64,000 nucleotides of DNA from Eledone cirrhosa (Eukaryota). Location of the stretch: the NCBI GenBank assembly GCA_964016885.1, contig OZ024743.1, forward strand, positions 127,472,001 through 127,536,000, given 5' to 3'. A program made the position numbers and the translations under genes. The notes under the pieces were generated by a model. That model did not search any database. It saw nothing but the letters and a program-made list of their open reading frames with translations, and had not been told where the DNA came from. Positions 62,160-64,000 of the stretch are shown one piece after another (the first letter of the stretch is position 1; every line of letters starts with the position of its first letter).

Positions 62160-64000
62160 AATAATAATAATAATGAAATTATTGTGTACAGTGCTTAGGT
62201 GCACTACAACTCGTCAAATGTGCATGTATAGTACATAGAATAATGTACAGATGTCAGGGAAGTGAATAGTGTATGAGTCATGATATACATGTGTGCGTGT
62301 GTATGGAGGGGGAATATTAGGTGTAGTGTTGGCGAATCTCGGGAAGCATGGAGGTTTTAAAGGATGCAGTGTCTCGACAGCTAATAACTGATGCTGGGAG
62401 TTTGTTCCACGCTTCAGCATCTCTGAGCGTGAAAAAATATTTCCGAAAGTCATTGGAAGTGTGCTGTTTTCTGACTTTGTTGGCATGCCCATGTGTGTTA
62501 GACACATGGAAATCAAAAAGGTACTCAGGGTTAATAATTTTGTGGGTGTTTATCAAGTTAGTTGCCAGACGTCGGAGCTTCAATGTATCCATGCCCAGGG
62601 AAGCAAGGCGTTCAGAGTATGGTAGATGCCTGATAGAGAGTATTTGCTTGGTTGCACGTCTCTGAACAGTTTCCAGGCAGTCAATGTTCTGAGCAAGATA
62701 GGGGTTCCAGACTGGTGATGCAAATTCTAAGTGTGGCCGCACCACAGCTATATGCAGCTTTAAATAGATAGCTGGAGAGCAGCTGACAAAGGTCTTGCTG
62801 AGTGATGCTAAGACCCCCTCGGCCTTCTTGACAATTTTAGAGATATGCTTTGTCCAACGCAAATCGCTGCTGACAGTAATGCCCAGGTCACGTTCACAAG
62901 AAGACTTCTTGATATTAGTGTTGTGGAGGGAGTATGTGGACGCTGGGTTTTTACTCCCAAAATGCGTGGTGGTACACTTGTCCACAGACAGCTTGAGTTG
63001 CCAGTCTGTGATCCATTGTTGCATTGTGTCCAGGTCAGATTGCAAGCAAGATCTATAGTGTTCAAGATCAGTCCTTCTTATCTCAAGGTACAGCTTGATG
63101 TCATCTGCATATTTCAGTACTGTGGCATTCTTTAAGTTGGCATCTATGTCATTAATATATGCCACAAACAAAAGGGGGCCAAGAACAGATCCCTGTGGTA
63201 CACCATATAACATCTCATATGGTCAGGAATGCTGTCCTAGAACCGTGACTACCTCTCTTTGACTGAGAATGAAGGACTTCAACCAGATAAAAAGATCATC
63301 CTTCACACCCATTGGAGAGAGTTTTACCATAAGTGTTTTGTGTGGCACAGAATTGAAAGCTTTAGCAAAGTCAAGGTAAACAACATCCACCCATGAGCTG
63401 CCATCAATGATCCGGGTGATGTCTTCAAGAAACTCGATAAAGTGATCACAGCAGCTGGAGTTAGGGATAAATCCAAATTGTGAGGGCCGAATAAGACTGT
63501 GAGAGTTCCAGAAGTTCCAAAGTATTTCTCTGACACAGGATTCCATCAGTTAACCCATGCTAGCATGGAAGAACGGACGTAAAACGGTGATGATGATGAT
63601 GATGGCAATGTAGCTAGTAAGACTGACTGGACGATAGTTCACAGGTGATGTGCAGTCACCCTTTTTGAATAGAGGAATGACACTGGCAGTTTTCCACTGT
63701 TCTGGAGTAGCACCATTGTTCAGACAGAATTGGAAGTGATAGCTGGTGCAGAAGGAAGTACCCACCACGTTTGAGAAGCAGGTATGTAACACGATCAAGA
63801 CCTGGAGAGGCATGGTTGCGTTTATTTTTAAGGTGATGTCGCAACATTGCAGGTGTAAATTCCATATTTGTAATAGAATCCGGTGTCAGAGGTGGTGGAG
63901 ACGGTACGCTCTGGTCTTCAATAGTGAAAATTCCTGCATAGCATTCAGCAATGAGTTCTGCGCATTCCTTGGGGTCGTCAGTAACCTGGCTTGTGTGGGG
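62160..64000 (-). mobile_element. CR1-like LINE (RT and 3' end) in the NHEJ1 intron; continues beyond the window
   Basis: NYRPVSLTS, QFGF, YLDFAKAFNSVPH, GVPQGSVLGPLLF, KYADDIKLY, RPHLEFASPVWNP; (ATT)n tail. A ~50-bp RTE-type tail is inserted at ~63552-63603. Confidence 0.92.

Overview
AT-rich, microsatellite-dense eukaryotic genomic DNA. It is probably from an octopus or related cephalopod, which I infer from the repeat landscape only. Nearly all of the window is transposon-derived: several RTE-clade LINE copies (one about 2.9 kb, whose protein carries a PHD-type finger), a rearranged R4/Dong-type LINE, CR1-like LINEs, Penelope-like fragments, two tRNA-derived SINE families, hAT and Tc1/mariner-type elements, a roughly 5.9 kb decayed RepHel Helitron, several foldback structures and a recent 6.6-8.4 kb tandem duplication. 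Host genes are limited to the first coding exon of an NHEJ1/XLF homologue (61237-61434) and an unidentified probable terminal exon (31141-31490). The most striking signal is non-coding. A tandem array of roughly 436-bp structured monomers (494-2890) carries four type I hammerhead ribozyme motifs, the architecture of a non-LTR retrozyme (circRNA-producing element). At least three other hammerhead families, mostly Penelope-type minimal motifs, are scattered through the window. Most short ORFs in the supplied track are microsatellite or antisense artefacts. All alignments and folds were done by eye, so repeat boundaries are approximate.
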